DNA of 64,000 nucleotides from Minisyncoccota bacterium (lineage in GTDB: Bacteria; Patescibacteriota; Minisyncoccia; Phycocordibacterales; CAIJYI01): contig JALNYN010000005.1 in NCBI GenBank assembly GCA_023229825.1, positions 1,933 to 65,932 of the forward strand, read 5' to 3'. The notes beneath the pieces are model-generated. The model saw only the letters and a program-made list of their open reading frames with translations, was not told where the DNA came from and made no database searches. The position numbers and the translations under genes were made by a program. Positions 20,103-30,107 of this stretch are shown one piece after another; the first letter of the stretch is position 1; each line of letters opens with the position of its first letter.

Positions 20103-20594
20103 TCACTTATTATAACTTCTGTAATTCCAGATCGCCCATCCTATCGCGAGGAAGCTGAGAGCTGTGATCGCGGCAATGCTATGCAGGTCTGAAAGAGAGT
20201 CTATTCCAGCCACGAGCTGACCGATCGTTTTAAGATGGTTAACGATGACCACGAGACCGATCACGAGAGCGATGAGCGGAAGACCGATCGAGCGTAGAAC
20301 CTTGTTGCCGGTCCGGCGCGGCGCGCGCTCATGCCATTCGTCGTCAGTGTCAGCATATTTATATATGAAAAAGAAAATGACGAATATCGCAGCCGTTAAA
20401 CCCCAAACCCACGCTTGTGGATAGCTGCTTGCATAGGTTATCTGTGAAAGCGGGAAATAAGAGAGGAGGGCAACGAGCGTCGCGCAGATATACGGACCGG
20501 ACCTTGGATCGGCCCAAAATGCTTTTAATACACTAACGATGCCGATGGCTATTTCACTTGGTGTTTCAAATAACTTTTTTAAAACTTTGTTCAT
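20103..20594 (-). CDS. hypothetical integral membrane protein
   Basis: 163 aa, 4-5 predicted TM helices. Confidence 0.45.
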   Translation of the reverse strand: MNKVLKKLFETPSEIAIGIVSVLKAFWADPRSGPYICATLVALLSYFPLSQITYASSYPQAWVWGLTAAIFVIFFFIYKYADTDDEWHERAPRRTGNKVLRSIGLPLIALVIGLVVIVNHLKTIGQLVAGIDSLSDLHSIAAITALSFLAIGWAIWNYRSYNK

Positions 20595-20808
20595 TGGGAG
20601 AACCTCCTTAATGAGCGTTAAACAAGACCTATTTTCTTCATACCATAAAAATAGAATCGACGCAATGTGCCCTTGACTTTCTCTATGTTTTAACGCATAT
20701 TGTTACTAGTTTTCGGTATTGACGAAAGGATTCAATAATACTGCGAGAACCTTGACATACCCGTTTTTACAGCGGGAAAATTTATATGGAAAGAGAACAG
20801 GAGGAAAC

Positions 20809-21873
20809 ATGAAGAAAGAATCATGCTTTATCATTCGGCGCGAAGTTCTTTTTGATTGGGTGGAAACGCTCATGAAAGAAGAAAAAATTCTGGCACCTGT
20901 AGAAACAGACGACGGAAAATTCGCGTTTGAATTTCTGAACAAAGCGGAAGAAATTCGTCTCAATTATGATACGACCAATCTGCCGCCGACACAAAAGATC
21001 TTTATGCCGCAAGACGAAAAGGTCATCACTTGGAAAAAAGTGGACGGAAAAACGGTTTTTGGACCGGGCGACGGTCCGACACCGATGGTAGTCTTCGGCA
21101 TGCATCCGTACGATATCCACGCGATCAAAGTGTGGGATGACGTAATGGGTGAAAAACGAAACGCCTTGGCAGACCCTCAGTATCTTGCTCAAAGAGAAGT
21201 TACTGCGGTTATCGGTCTTGACGTTATCGTGCCTCCGCCAAATTCATTCTGCGAAAGTCTTGGTACGCACATTGCGACCGAGAACTACGACATTATGTTG
21301 ACGGACTTGTTCGACGGACGTTATTTCGTTGAAGTGGCGACACATCGCGGAATGTCATTATTCCTGTCGGTTTCAGATTTTGATGACGCCACCCCGAATG
21401 ATCACAAGCTTCGTCGATTGGTTCGCGAAGAGATCGCGACTCGTTATCCGGAAACTCTGCCGGTTCCCATAGGGGAACTGCACGAGTTTCTCGAAAAACG
21501 CATTCACCATCCTTATTTTGATGTCACCGGCGAACTTTGCGTGGCGTGCGCGAAATGCACATTTGTGTGCCCGACGTGTACCTGCTGCAACATAAAAGAA
21601 GAACCGGCATTGGACGGACAAAGCGGCTGTCGAGTGCGCGAATGCGATTCTTGCCAATTGCCGGGATTTACCAAAATGGCCGGCGGCGTGATCGCTCGGA
21701 AATCTCCGGGCGCGAGAGTGCGTCATCGCATTCTTGATAAATTCGATTATCATCACGGCTGTGCTGCATCGTGTGTCGGTTGCGGAAGATGCGTTCGCGC
21801 TTGTCCTGCAGATATTGCCGATCCGATAAAAGCGCTTAACCTATTGAGAGACGAGGAGGTTCCTCATGAGTAA
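20809..21873 (+). CDS. hydB: [NiFe]-hydrogenase (group 3b/sulfhydrogenase-type) beta subunit, iron-sulfur protein
   Basis: CVACAKCTFVCPTCTCC and CVGCGRCVRACP cluster motifs; AsrA/HydB-like; start at MKKES preceded by GGAGG (ORF track starts 20719). Confidence 0.75.
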   Translation: MKKESCFIIRREVLFDWVETLMKEEKILAPVETDDGKFAFEFLNKAEEIRLNYDTTNLPPTQKIFMPQDEKVITWKKVDGKTVFGPGDGPTPMVVFGMHPYDIHAIKVWDDVMGEKRNALADPQYLAQREVTAVIGLDVIVPPPNSFCESLGTHIATENYDIMLTDLFDGRYFVEVATHRGMSLFLSVSDFDDATPNDHKLRRLVREEIATRYPETLPVPIGELHEFLEKRIHHPYFDVTGELCVACAKCTFVCPTCTCCNIKEEPALDGQSGCRVRECDSCQLPGFTKMAGGVIARKSPGARVRHRILDKFDYHHGCAASCVGCGRCVRACPADIADPIKALNLLRDEEVPHE

Positions 21874-22741
21874 TTGTGAAAATCAATATCTCTATGTTCC
21901 GAGAACTGCACGGATCCTCGAAATTGAGGAACTGACAGATAAGGAAAAGAGATTCTTGCTGAAATTTGATAACGGTACAGAAATCGGTCCCGGAGAGTTC
22001 GTGGCCGTATATGCGCCGGGTATCGGTGAAGCGCCGATATCGCTCTGTTCATCTCCTTTTGACAAAGAAACATTTGAGATCGCTGTGCGAAGGATCGACC
22101 CTCCGGAAGGAAGGCACGATGAAGCATACGTCCAAACGCTGATGAACGTCACGACCTATATTCACACGAAAAAGGTCGGCGACACTCTGGATATCCGCGG
22201 TCCGTTCGGACGCGAATTTCCGGTTCATGAATTGAAAGGAAAAAACATTGCCGTCATCGTCGGCGGTATCGGTCTCTTTCCGGGGGTAAGACCTCTGCGA
22301 GAGATCGCTAAAACGAGGGAAGATTTCAAAAAGGTATTCGTGCTCTTCGGAACACGCTCACCTGCTGAAAGATACTTCCCACGGCTGCTTGATGAATGGA
22401 CCGAATCCAAGATCTTTGATGTTCGCGAAGCCTATGAAAGGCTGGCGAACGGAGAAAAAGGCGGTTTCGTTACGGGCGTTCTTGATGCGATCGAAGGTTG
22501 CAAACCGGAAGATACGGCGGTCTATATCGTCGGCCCTTCCGTCATGTTCAAGCCCGTTATGGCGACTCTGGAAAAATATAATCTTTTCGATGAAAATGTT
22601 TATTTTTCGCTGGAACGTCAGATGCGTTGCTGCGTCGGACGCTGCGGACATTGTCGTATCAATGACGTGCTCACTTGCGTCGACGGACCCGTATTTTCGC
22701 TGAAAGAGATCAAAGACAGACGTCTTTGGGAGGCATTATAA
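21866..22741 (+). CDS. hydG: hydrogenase gamma subunit (FNR-like FAD/NAD(P)-binding, C-terminal 2Fe-2S)
   Basis: Ferredoxin-reductase-type FAD/NAD fold (GGIGLFP), C-terminal CCVGRCGHCRINDVLTC cluster motif; overlaps hydB by 8 nt. Confidence 0.8.
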   Translation: MSNCENQYLYVPRTARILEIEELTDKEKRFLLKFDNGTEIGPGEFVAVYAPGIGEAPISLCSSPFDKETFEIAVRRIDPPEGRHDEAYVQTLMNVTTYIHTKKVGDTLDIRGPFGREFPVHELKGKNIAVIVGGIGLFPGVRPLREIAKTREDFKKVFVLFGTRSPAERYFPRLLDEWTESKIFDVREAYERLANGEKGGFVTGVLDAIEGCKPEDTAVYIVGPSVMFKPVMATLEKYNLFDENVYFSLERQMRCCVGRCGHCRINDVLTCVDGPVFSLKEIKDRRLWEAL

Positions 22742-23541
22742 TGAGTAAGTTGGAAGAATATACCCTTCGCGCGAAGCGCGGAGATAAGCCGACGCTCGTC
22801 TATGCCGAGCTCGGAAGCTGTGACGGATGTTCGATGGTCATCGTCAACTTGGACGGAACGTTGCTTGACTTGAATAATGTTTTCGATATCAAGCAAATGC
22901 GTATCGCCATCAGAGGCGTTTACGACGGTCCGATCGATGTACTGATGGTTGAAGGCGCGGTAACGTGTGAGGAAGAAGCGGAAGAACTCCGTGAATTTCG
23001 CGCTCGTGCCGATTATGTTATCGCTGTTGGGGCGTGTGCCGAGCTGGGAGGAATTCCGGGGATGGCGCCTCCATTTGCGGTGAAGCGGGCTCAAGAAGGA
23101 AAATTCGGAGCTCACGTACAGGGACAACGGCCCATAGCGCCGCGTCCGGTCGCTGAGATCATTAAAGTCGATGCCGTTATCCACGGCTGTCCGATCACCA
23201 CGGCAGATGCTGTGCGGGCGATCAGAATTATCCTCGCAGGCGGAAGACCGGATTATACCGATCGTCCTGTTTGTGCGGAATGCGTGTTGCAGGATAACGG
23301 TTGTCTGTTGTTCGAAGGTCGTGCATGTCTTGGTGCGGTAACGCGCGCCGGATGTAATGCCTATTGTCCGTCGAACGGAGGTTTCTGCTGGGCTTGCCGC
23401 GGATTGCTTCCCGACGCTCCTCTCAATGCTTTGTATAATGTGGCGAAGGTCCATGATATACCGCAAGCGGAGGTCGACAGAAAATTACGAATGGCTAATC
23501 AACGCCATTTCACTCTGATTGAAGAAAAGGAGAAGAAATAA
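22741..23541 (+). CDS. hydD: [NiFe]-hydrogenase small (delta) subunit
   Basis: NuoB-like GSCDGCSM proximal-cluster motif; TAATG overlap with hydG stop; start MSKLEE (ORF track starts 22675). Confidence 0.85.
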   Translation: MSKLEEYTLRAKRGDKPTLVYAELGSCDGCSMVIVNLDGTLLDLNNVFDIKQMRIAIRGVYDGPIDVLMVEGAVTCEEEAEELREFRARADYVIAVGACAELGGIPGMAPPFAVKRAQEGKFGAHVQGQRPIAPRPVAEIIKVDAVIHGCPITTADAVRAIRIILAGGRPDYTDRPVCAECVLQDNGCLLFEGRACLGAVTRAGCNAYCPSNGGFCWACRGLLPDAPLNALYNVAKVHDIPQAEVDRKLRMANQRHFTLIEEKEKK

Positions 23542-25448
23542 TGTTTAACAACATTCTAAAACATCCGCTTCTTCATGCCGGCAACCACGAAATTGGAGCC
23601 AGTGTTGGAGGAAGCGGCGGAACAAATTCCAGAGCCATTGCGAGAAAAAATATCCCGATGGTCGAAGGAAAGATGTCATTTGAAGTCATTCAAAGAGTGG
23701 ACGGAAAATTCGACGTCAATTTGATCGTTGAAGAACCGCTGCGCCACTTTGAAGCGATCTGCGAAGGCAAGTCATGGGAAGAAGTTCCTATTATTGTATC
23801 GCGGATCTGCGGAGTTTGTCCTTTCCCATATGCCCTTGCTGCTTCAAAAGGAGCTGAACGCGCATTCGGGATCAAGGTATCCGACCAGACGCATCGTCTG
23901 CGTGAGATCGCACTCTACGGAAATATGTTCAACAGTCACGTGCTTCACGCGCTTGACCTCGTATTGCCAAGATTGCTTCACGTAAACAGCATTATTGAAT
24001 TTGCTGTGGCGACACCGGAAAACACCGCACTCGCGGCAAAATTGCTCGGACTTCATACTCTTGGCAACGACTTGGCTCGATTGGTCGGCGGACGGGAAGT
24101 CCACTCGATCACGATCACTCCCGGGTACATGACCGCAATTCCAAAAACGGAAGAATTGAAAGCCGTTCGCGACAGATTGGCAAATGCTCACGAAACATAT
24201 GATGTTCTCGTAAAAGTGTTTGCCGATGTTTCTGCGGGCTCAAATCCAAAACTGCCGATTCGTGAACGCGAGTTCATCGCATTGCGCGGCGATACAAAAT
24301 ATCCGTTTTACGGCAGTCTCATCGGTTCATCTAAACGCGGAACGATGACGCCGGAAGAGTTCGAACAATACAAACACGAATACGTGGTTGATAATTCGAA
24401 CTCAAAGCAAGTGCATACCGATGAGAGCGATTCTTACATGGTGGGTGCGCTGGCACGACTCAATATCAACAGCGATCTGATCTGTGAAGAAGCTAAAAAA
24501 GACATGGAAACCCTCGGGCTTTCATTGCCGAATTACGATCCATACATGAACACCGCCGCTCAATTGGTGGAAGGCCGTCAAGTTCTCATCGACGCGGTAA
24601 AAGCGATCGATGAATTATTGGCGATCGGATTGAAAAAAGAAAAACGTCCTCGCATCGTTCCTCGTGAAGGATATGGGGCGGGTTATCTCGAAGCTCCGCG
24701 CGGCATGATCTGGCATGAATATCGTTATGATAAAAATGGCTTGGTTACTTGGGCGAACTGCATCATTCCGACAGGGATGAATACCGGCAGTATGCAGGAA
24801 GACTTGGAACATTTTTCCGAACATCTTCTCGGCGAAGCTCATGCAAGCGATGAAGAGATCGGATATGATCTCGACTTATTGCTTGCTCATTATGACCCAT
24901 GCAATTCTTGCGCGGTGCACGTCGTGCGTTTAGGTTCCAAAAATGAACCAAAAATAACACTTGCACGGGATGCAAAAGTTGCGGTCGTTTCTATCGGCAA
25001 TACGCTTGCCGGAGATGACGCGGTCGGTAATGTTGTGGTGGAGGAAATAAAACATCATGGTGTAGAGGGAAACGTCGATTACATTCATGGCGGAGTCAGC
25101 GGCCTCACGATCTTGGAAGATCTGGCGGCAGAAAAGTACGACGCGATATATTTTATTGATGCCGTTGACGGACTTTCTCGAGTCGGGGAAGTGATAAAAT
25201 TAACCGGAGAAGAACTGCTTGAAAAAGCGCAAGAGTCAGAACCGGCTTTATCTCTTCACCAAGGCGACTTCACTCATGCTTTCAGGTTGGCAAGAGCCGT
25301 TAAGCTCGAGGTGCCTGAAAAAGTTTTGTTCTTTGGCATACAGGTCGGACAAACCGAAGTCGGTATGGGTCTGACGGCAGAGATAGATACTCATGAAATT
25401 GCTCACGCAATAATCCATGAGATCGAGGATGATCTATATAGCAAATAA
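23541..25448 (+). CDS. hydA: [NiFe]-hydrogenase large (alpha) subunit fused to C-terminal HycI/HybD-type maturation endopeptidase domain
   Basis: L1 motif RICGVCPF, L2 motif DPCNSCAVH near residue 460, then a ~170-aa domain with GNTLAGDDAVG and HQGDF (protease signatures). Confidence 0.85.
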   Translation: MFNNILKHPLLHAGNHEIGASVGGSGGTNSRAIARKNIPMVEGKMSFEVIQRVDGKFDVNLIVEEPLRHFEAICEGKSWEEVPIIVSRICGVCPFPYALAASKGAERAFGIKVSDQTHRLREIALYGNMFNSHVLHALDLVLPRLLHVNSIIEFAVATPENTALAAKLLGLHTLGNDLARLVGGREVHSITITPGYMTAIPKTEELKAVRDRLANAHETYDVLVKVFADVSAGSNPKLPIREREFIALRGDTKYPFYGSLIGSSKRGTMTPEEFEQYKHEYVVDNSNSKQVHTDESDSYMVGALARLNINSDLICEEAKKDMETLGLSLPNYDPYMNTAAQLVEGRQVLIDAVKAIDELLAIGLKKEKRPRIVPREGYGAGYLEAPRGMIWHEYRYDKNGLVTWANCIIPTGMNTGSMQEDLEHFSEHLLGEAHASDEEIGYDLDLLLAHYDPCNSCAVHVVRLGSKNEPKITLARDAKVAVVSIGNTLAGDDAVGNVVVEEIKHHGVEGNVDYIHGGVSGLTILEDLAAEKYDAIYFIDAVDGLSRVGEVIKLTGEELLEKAQESEPALSLHQGDFTHAFRLARAVKLEVPEKVLFFGIQVGQTEVGMGLTAEIDTHEIAHAIIHEIEDDLYSK

Positions 25449-25481
25449 TCTTATAGGTCAATGGTACATTAAGTGATCAAC

Positions 25482-25510
25482 ACGGCGCCCTCGGGCGCCG
25501 TTTTTTTTAT
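25482..25510 (+). terminator. rho-independent terminator after hydA
   Basis: ggcgccctcgggcgcc + tttttttt. Confidence 0.8.
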
Positions 25511-25532
25511 AGTAAAGCAAGCGGAAATTACT

Positions 25533-25663
25533 CGTCGTCGTTCCTCCTCCCCCTCTTCAGAGGGGAGGACTGAGGTGGGGTGGTCTTTCAAACAGCTCTC
25601 GATATCACACCCCCTCTCGATCTCCCCCTCTGAAGAGGTGGAGAGGAACGAACGACAATGACG
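25533..25663. repeat. 130-bp imperfect palindromic element (single copy in window)
   Basis: cgtcgtcgttcctcctccccctcttcagaggggagg ... ctccccctctgaagaggtggagaggaacgaacgac arms. Confidence 0.5.
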
Positions 25664-25750
25664 CGATTGACATTATGTAAAGACTGTGATATTCTCTAAA
25701 CAGAAGTTAATTAGCGCTTCATTTAAAAATATTCAGCGCCGGGGGTGCGT

Positions 25751-25961
25751 TATGAAAACAGAAGAGAAAGCAGAAAGACGAACAAAAGAAGAACGACGAA
25801 AATATCACCGAAGAGCGGGAGATGGCAAGGCATTATTAGCGGGTTGTGCAGCTTCTTTCCTTTTAGTAGGGGTTGCTGTTGCAACGATCGGTCCTACTGC
25901 CGCCACGATCGTAGGGATTGGTGCCGGCCTGGTATGGCTCTGGACTATAGTTCGTAAATGA
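25751..25961 (+). CDS. small membrane protein (hypothetical)
   Basis: Basic N-terminus, C-terminal Gly-rich TM helix; own terminator-like hairpin at 25971-26010. Confidence 0.3.
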
Positions 25962-26055
25962 AGAAAAAGCGGTTCGCCATCACGGTGAACCGCTTGCTTT
26001 TTTGCCAAAAAAATTCCATCATTAGAAAAGATAGTTATTTTCCGCGAGGTGCAAT

Positions 26056-26307
26056 ATGCTACGAGTAATATTTCTCTTTGCTTTCGCGGCGGCATTTTTT
26101 CATTTTTTTTGCGCGATAGGAAGAAGATTCAGAAAATTTATTTTTTCGCATTTTCCGGATGCTGAACATACGCAGTTTACGGGATGGATATGGTTTGCGT
26201 ACTATATAAAACTATATTTAGTCATCGGTTTGTTGGGGGCCGTTACTCTCGTTCTTGCGTGGTGCGTTTTGTATGCCCAATATAATTTTAATTGGTTTGA
26301 ATGGTAA
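26056..26307 (+). CDS. small membrane protein (hypothetical)
   Basis: 83 aa with two TM helices; terminator-like hairpin 26310-26339. Confidence 0.3.
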   Translation: MLRVIFLFAFAAAFFHFFCAIGRRFRKFIFSHFPDAEHTQFTGWIWFAYYIKLYLVIGLLGAVTLVLAWCVLYAQYNFNWFEW

Positions 26308-26350
26308 TTGGCTCACCTTCGCAGGCGAGCCTTTTTTTGTTGACACCCAT

Positions 26351-26400
26351 CGTCATCCCCCCACCGTCATTCCGGACCGCGATCCGGAATCCACGTCCGT
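26351..26400. repeat. family-B REP unit (singlet), copy 1
   Basis: gtcattccggaccgcgatccggaatccacgtc. Confidence 0.55.
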
Positions 26401-26405
26401 CGGCG

Positions 26406-27116
26406 TTAACTAAGAAGTGTCAGAAACTCCGACAGCTCTTTTCCTTTTAATTGCCTCGACGCTCGCGGATTGAGCGCGCCGAGCGTTATGTTCATGATAC
26501 GAATTCGTTTGATATCTTTGACAGTATATCCGAGCGCTGCGCACATTCGGCGGAGCTGATGTTTTTTTCCTTCCGTAATGACAATATTTATTTTGCAATT
26601 TCCCGCTTCTTTTGCGCGTGCGGGTTTGGTTCGGTATCCTTCAATATCCACACCGCGTTCCATGTCTTTTATAAATCGCGCGGTTACCGGTTTGTCTACG
26701 GTTACCATATATTCCTTTTCGTGTTTTCTCTCCGGAGATAAAAGTTTTTCGGTGATCCTGCCATCATTGGTGAGAATAATGAGTCCGTGCGAATCTTTAT
26801 CCAGCCGGCCGATAGGGAACACTTCGCCGCGAATTTTTCCTCGGATCGCATCCTCGATGCTTTCCTCGTCATTCTGCGGACTATGCGTGATCATTCCGCG
26901 CGGTTTATAATATGCATAATACAAATACTCTTTTTTGTCGGCGCCCCTTACTGTCACGGTATCTCCTTCGTTCACCAGATCGCCCAATTTTGCCAAGCGG
27001 CCGTTTATCGTCACCTTTTTATCTTCAATGAGTATATCGGCACCGCGCCGTGTAGTCTCACCGCGAGCGGCGAGATATTTATTTATGCGGACCGGATATT
27101 CGTTTTCTTGAGTCAT
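26406..27116 (-). CDS. rRNA pseudouridine synthase (RsuA/RluB family, S4 domain)
   Basis: N-terminal S4 (RINKYLAARG), catalytic GRLDKDSHGLIILTNDG. Confidence 0.85.
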   Translation of the reverse strand: MTQENEYPVRINKYLAARGETTRRGADILIEDKKVTINGRLAKLGDLVNEGDTVTVRGADKKEYLYYAYYKPRGMITHSPQNDEESIEDAIRGKIRGEVFPIGRLDKDSHGLIILTNDGRITEKLLSPERKHEKEYMVTVDKPVTARFIKDMERGVDIEGYRTKPARAKEAGNCKINIVITEGKKHQLRRMCAALGYTVKDIKRIRIMNITLGALNPRASRQLKGKELSEFLTLLS

Positions 27117-27185
27117 AGTGTTGACAACAATAGCTTGTTTATGGTATTATGTCAAGTGGATTTTAAGTAACTGCTCAAACCCTCT

Positions 27186-27270
27186 CGTCATCCCGGGCAA
27201 CGACCCGGGATCCACGGCGTAAACGGAACGACCAACGTGGATCCTGAATCCCTGTTCAGGATGACGACGA
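27186..27270. repeat. family-B REPIN-like element, copy 2
   Basis: gtcatcccgggcaacgacccgggatccacg ... cgtggatcctgaatccctgttcaggatgac. Confidence 0.55.
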
Positions 27271-27354
27271 ATGAATTTTAAAGCTTTTTTGTTTAAAAAA
27301 TAAGGGGTGTGAGCAATTACGATTTTAATTGTCAGAATTCCGAAGGAGGAATAC

Positions 27355-27987
27355 ATGAAAAAGTTTATTGGTAAGCTCGGCGTGTTTCTCGCCGATCGGT
27401 TTACCGGACGAAACGCTTGTACTTTTGAAGTGCGAGATAAAATAATGACGCGGGCGAATATGGTGACTCTGCTCGGTATTGTTTTGACGACGATCTATCT
27501 TGGTCAGTATACGCTGGGAATACTATTATTTCTTATTCCGGTTATATATCCATTGACCCCCGTGACTGACGGCGTTGATGGATTTCTTGCGGATTATTAC
27601 AATGAACACAGCAAGTGGGGAAAAATAGTGGATCCGTTTCGCGACAGATATTTCACATTCGTCGCGCTCGGAAATATCTTTATGATCGGAGGCAAGATCA
27701 TATTACTGCCTCTGCTTATGACCCTCGGTTTTGAATTGCTTATTTGGGTCGGCGGTTTGATCTTGTACGCCGTCGGTGATGTGCCGAATGTCCACTGCAT
27801 CGGAAAAGTTCGCGCAGCGGTACATTGGGCGGTCGGATACATAGTCATCATTCAATATTATTGGATCGGTACTTTTTACATTCCCATCCTGTGGCTTATG
27901 TGGATTATGGCAATCGCGAGTATTGCGGCATATGTATTTTATGTCTATCGCTATGCGATGAAAAATATAGAACATATTTCTGCGTAG
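27355..27987 (+). CDS. CDP-alcohol phosphatidyltransferase family membrane protein
   Basis: DGVDGFLAD...GKIVDPFRD approximates the D-G-x2-A-R...G-x3-D-x3-D signature; multiple TM helices. Confidence 0.55.
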   Translation: MKKFIGKLGVFLADRFTGRNACTFEVRDKIMTRANMVTLLGIVLTTIYLGQYTLGILLFLIPVIYPLTPVTDGVDGFLADYYNEHSKWGKIVDPFRDRYFTFVALGNIFMIGGKIILLPLLMTLGFELLIWVGGLILYAVGDVPNVHCIGKVRAAVHWAVGYIVIIQYYWIGTFYIPILWLMWIMAIASIAAYVFYVYRYAMKNIEHISA

Positions 27988-28049
27988 AAGAAGAGGGGGC
28001 ATTAATGCTCCCTCGTTTTTTTACCCGAAATGTGGTATAATCGAAAAAC

Positions 28050-28766
28050 ATGAAGATAAAAACGAATCTCCATTTTCATACGGCGGATGATCCTTCTGAT
28101 CCCGTTTCTTATTCCACCAAAGAGGGGATCGACAAAGCGGTGTCTCTCGGATTCGGCGCTCTGGCGATAACCTGCCATCAGAAATATGCTTGGACGGAAG
28201 AATATTCCGAATATGCGGAAAGCAAAGGATTGCTTTTTATTCCCGGGATCGAAATATACATCGGAGAAACAAGGTCGCATTCAAAGTCTCATGTCCTCAT
28301 CCTGAACGCCACCAAAGGCGCAGAAAATATCCGTACGTTTCGCGAACTCGACGCATACAAAAAAGAACATCCCGAATCATTCATCATGGCTCCGCATCCG
28401 TATTTTTACGGAAATATTTCTCTCAAAGAATGGCTCGAAAAATACATTCATCTTTTTGATGCGGTGGAGCAATCGTGGTTTTATTCGCGCTGGTTTAACC
28501 GAAACAAAAAAGGGAAGTCGGTCGCAGAAAAACATAAACTGCCGTTCGTTTCCACTTCCGACACGCATTTTTTCGATTTTTTGGATACCAATTATTGTAC
28601 GGTAGAGGCGGAAAGCGCGTCTGTCGAAGCGATCTTTTCCGCCCTTCGCGAAGGAAAATTCGAGAACACGACATCGCGGCGAAATTTTTGGCGCGACATG
28701 GTATGGAAACAAGCAATGTTTTCCTTAAAGACGTATCTGCGCAGAAACAAGAAACGCGGTCAATAA
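28050..28766 (+). CDS. PHP-domain metal-dependent phosphoesterase
   Basis: NLHFHTADD His motif at N-terminus, further His/Asp positions typical of PHP fold. Confidence 0.7.
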   Translation: MKIKTNLHFHTADDPSDPVSYSTKEGIDKAVSLGFGALAITCHQKYAWTEEYSEYAESKGLLFIPGIEIYIGETRSHSKSHVLILNATKGAENIRTFRELDAYKKEHPESFIMAPHPYFYGNISLKEWLEKYIHLFDAVEQSWFYSRWFNRNKKGKSVAEKHKLPFVSTSDTHFFDFLDTNYCTVEAESASVEAIFSALREGKFENTTSRRNFWRDMVWKQAMFSLKTYLRRNKKRGQ

Positions 28767-28855
28767 AAGCTCCTTCTTTGGGTACTTGCATAAATTCATT
28801 AAGTGTGGTATAATGAAAGTTACATTAAGTTTCAAAATCTTTAGTATATAGGTAC

Positions 28856-30103
28856 ATGTCGGAATTTTTGATCATCGTTACGAATATTTTGCTTTTTATC
28901 ACCTTATACGCTCAGGTGCTTTTGCTGTTTACCTTCTTTGAAAAGAAGAACGTGTTTGCGAATACCGGCGGAGGCGATGACGCGCCGCTCCAAAGATATC
29001 CCATCGTGACCATTGTCGTGCCGGTGTGGAATGAAGAAAAAACGCTCGGCGGAACCATCGAGTCGCTGCTCGCGCTCGACTATCCGAAAGACAAACTCGA
29101 CATCATCATCGTTGATGACGGAAGTACGGATCACACGCGCGAGGTGGCAAACACTTTTAAATCACATCCTGAGGTCAGAGTATATTCTAAAACGAACGGG
29201 GGAAAGCATACGGCGGTCAACCTCGGCATATCAAAAGCAAAAGGAGAATTTCTCGGCTGTCTCGATGCCGATTCCTTCGTCGACAAAGACGCGCTTACTC
29301 GCATTGTTCGCTGTTTTGAAGATCCGAAGGTCATGGCGGTCACGCCGGCGATCAAAGTTCATACTCCTGAAAATATGCTTCAAAAAATGCAGAGCGTGGA
29401 GTACGATATGGGAATTTTTCTCCGCAAGGTGTACGGTTCAATGAACGCGATCCATGTCGCCCCCGGACCTTTTTCCATTTTTCGCAAGGAAGTTTTTGAC
29501 AAACTGGGAGGTTATATAAAAGCTCATAATACCGAGGACATGGAATTTGCCATGCGAATGCACAAAAATCATTTCCCGATCGCAAATGTCTATGATTCGT
29601 ACGTGTATACCGTCACCCCGAAAACCGTCAAAGGTTTATATAAACAACGTCTGCGCTGGGTCTATGGTTTCCTCGAGAACGCATCAGATTATCGAAGCAT
29701 GATATTCAATCGAAAATACGGAAATCTGGGAATGTTCACTCTGCCCGCCGCCGTAATATCTATTTTTGCCGCGCTCTTCTTTACCGGTCTTGCCATCTCT
29801 CGTCTGCTTACCAGCGTGTGGAGGAAGATGGTGGAAATACAGGCGGTCGGAATACCCCTTCACTTCGAGTGGCCGCACTTTGATTGGTTCTTCGTAAACA
29901 CCAGCGAGACCGCCGTCGTCGTATATGCGCTTTCTCTCTCGACCATATTTGTCATTCTCGTCGGAAAGAAATTGTCGGAAGGAAACATGCGACCGAACAT
30001 GAACATGGTTTATTTTTTCTTCTTTTATGGTATTATTGCCCCAGCCTGGCTGTTTAAAGCCGTATATAATGTAGCGTTGAACAAAAAAACAACTTGGAGA
30101 TAA
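28856..30103 (+). CDS. processive family-2 glycosyltransferase (membrane-embedded polysaccharide synthase type)
   Basis: VVPVWNEE, IIVDDGSTD, LDADS, QRLRW (QxxRW) motifs plus N- and C-terminal TM helices. Confidence 0.8.
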   Translation: MSEFLIIVTNILLFITLYAQVLLLFTFFEKKNVFANTGGGDDAPLQRYPIVTIVVPVWNEEKTLGGTIESLLALDYPKDKLDIIIVDDGSTDHTREVANTFKSHPEVRVYSKTNGGKHTAVNLGISKAKGEFLGCLDADSFVDKDALTRIVRCFEDPKVMAVTPAIKVHTPENMLQKMQSVEYDMGIFLRKVYGSMNAIHVAPGPFSIFRKEVFDKLGGYIKAHNTEDMEFAMRMHKNHFPIANVYDSYVYTVTPKTVKGLYKQRLRWVYGFLENASDYRSMIFNRKYGNLGMFTLPAAVISIFAALFFTGLAISRLLTSVWRKMVEIQAVGIPLHFEWPHFDWFFVNTSETAVVVYALSLSTIFVILVGKKLSEGNMRPNMNMVYFFFFYGIIAPAWLFKAVYNVALNKKTTWR

Positions 30104-30107
30104 CGAG

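Noticed and set aside
23541-23657. N-terminal 39-residue extension of the hydrogenase large subunit as a signal or twin-arginine peptide
   Set aside because: No RR motif or hydrophobic core. Either a lineage-specific extension or an over-called start, since MVEGK at ~23658 aligns with canonical large-subunit N-termini. Left unresolved.
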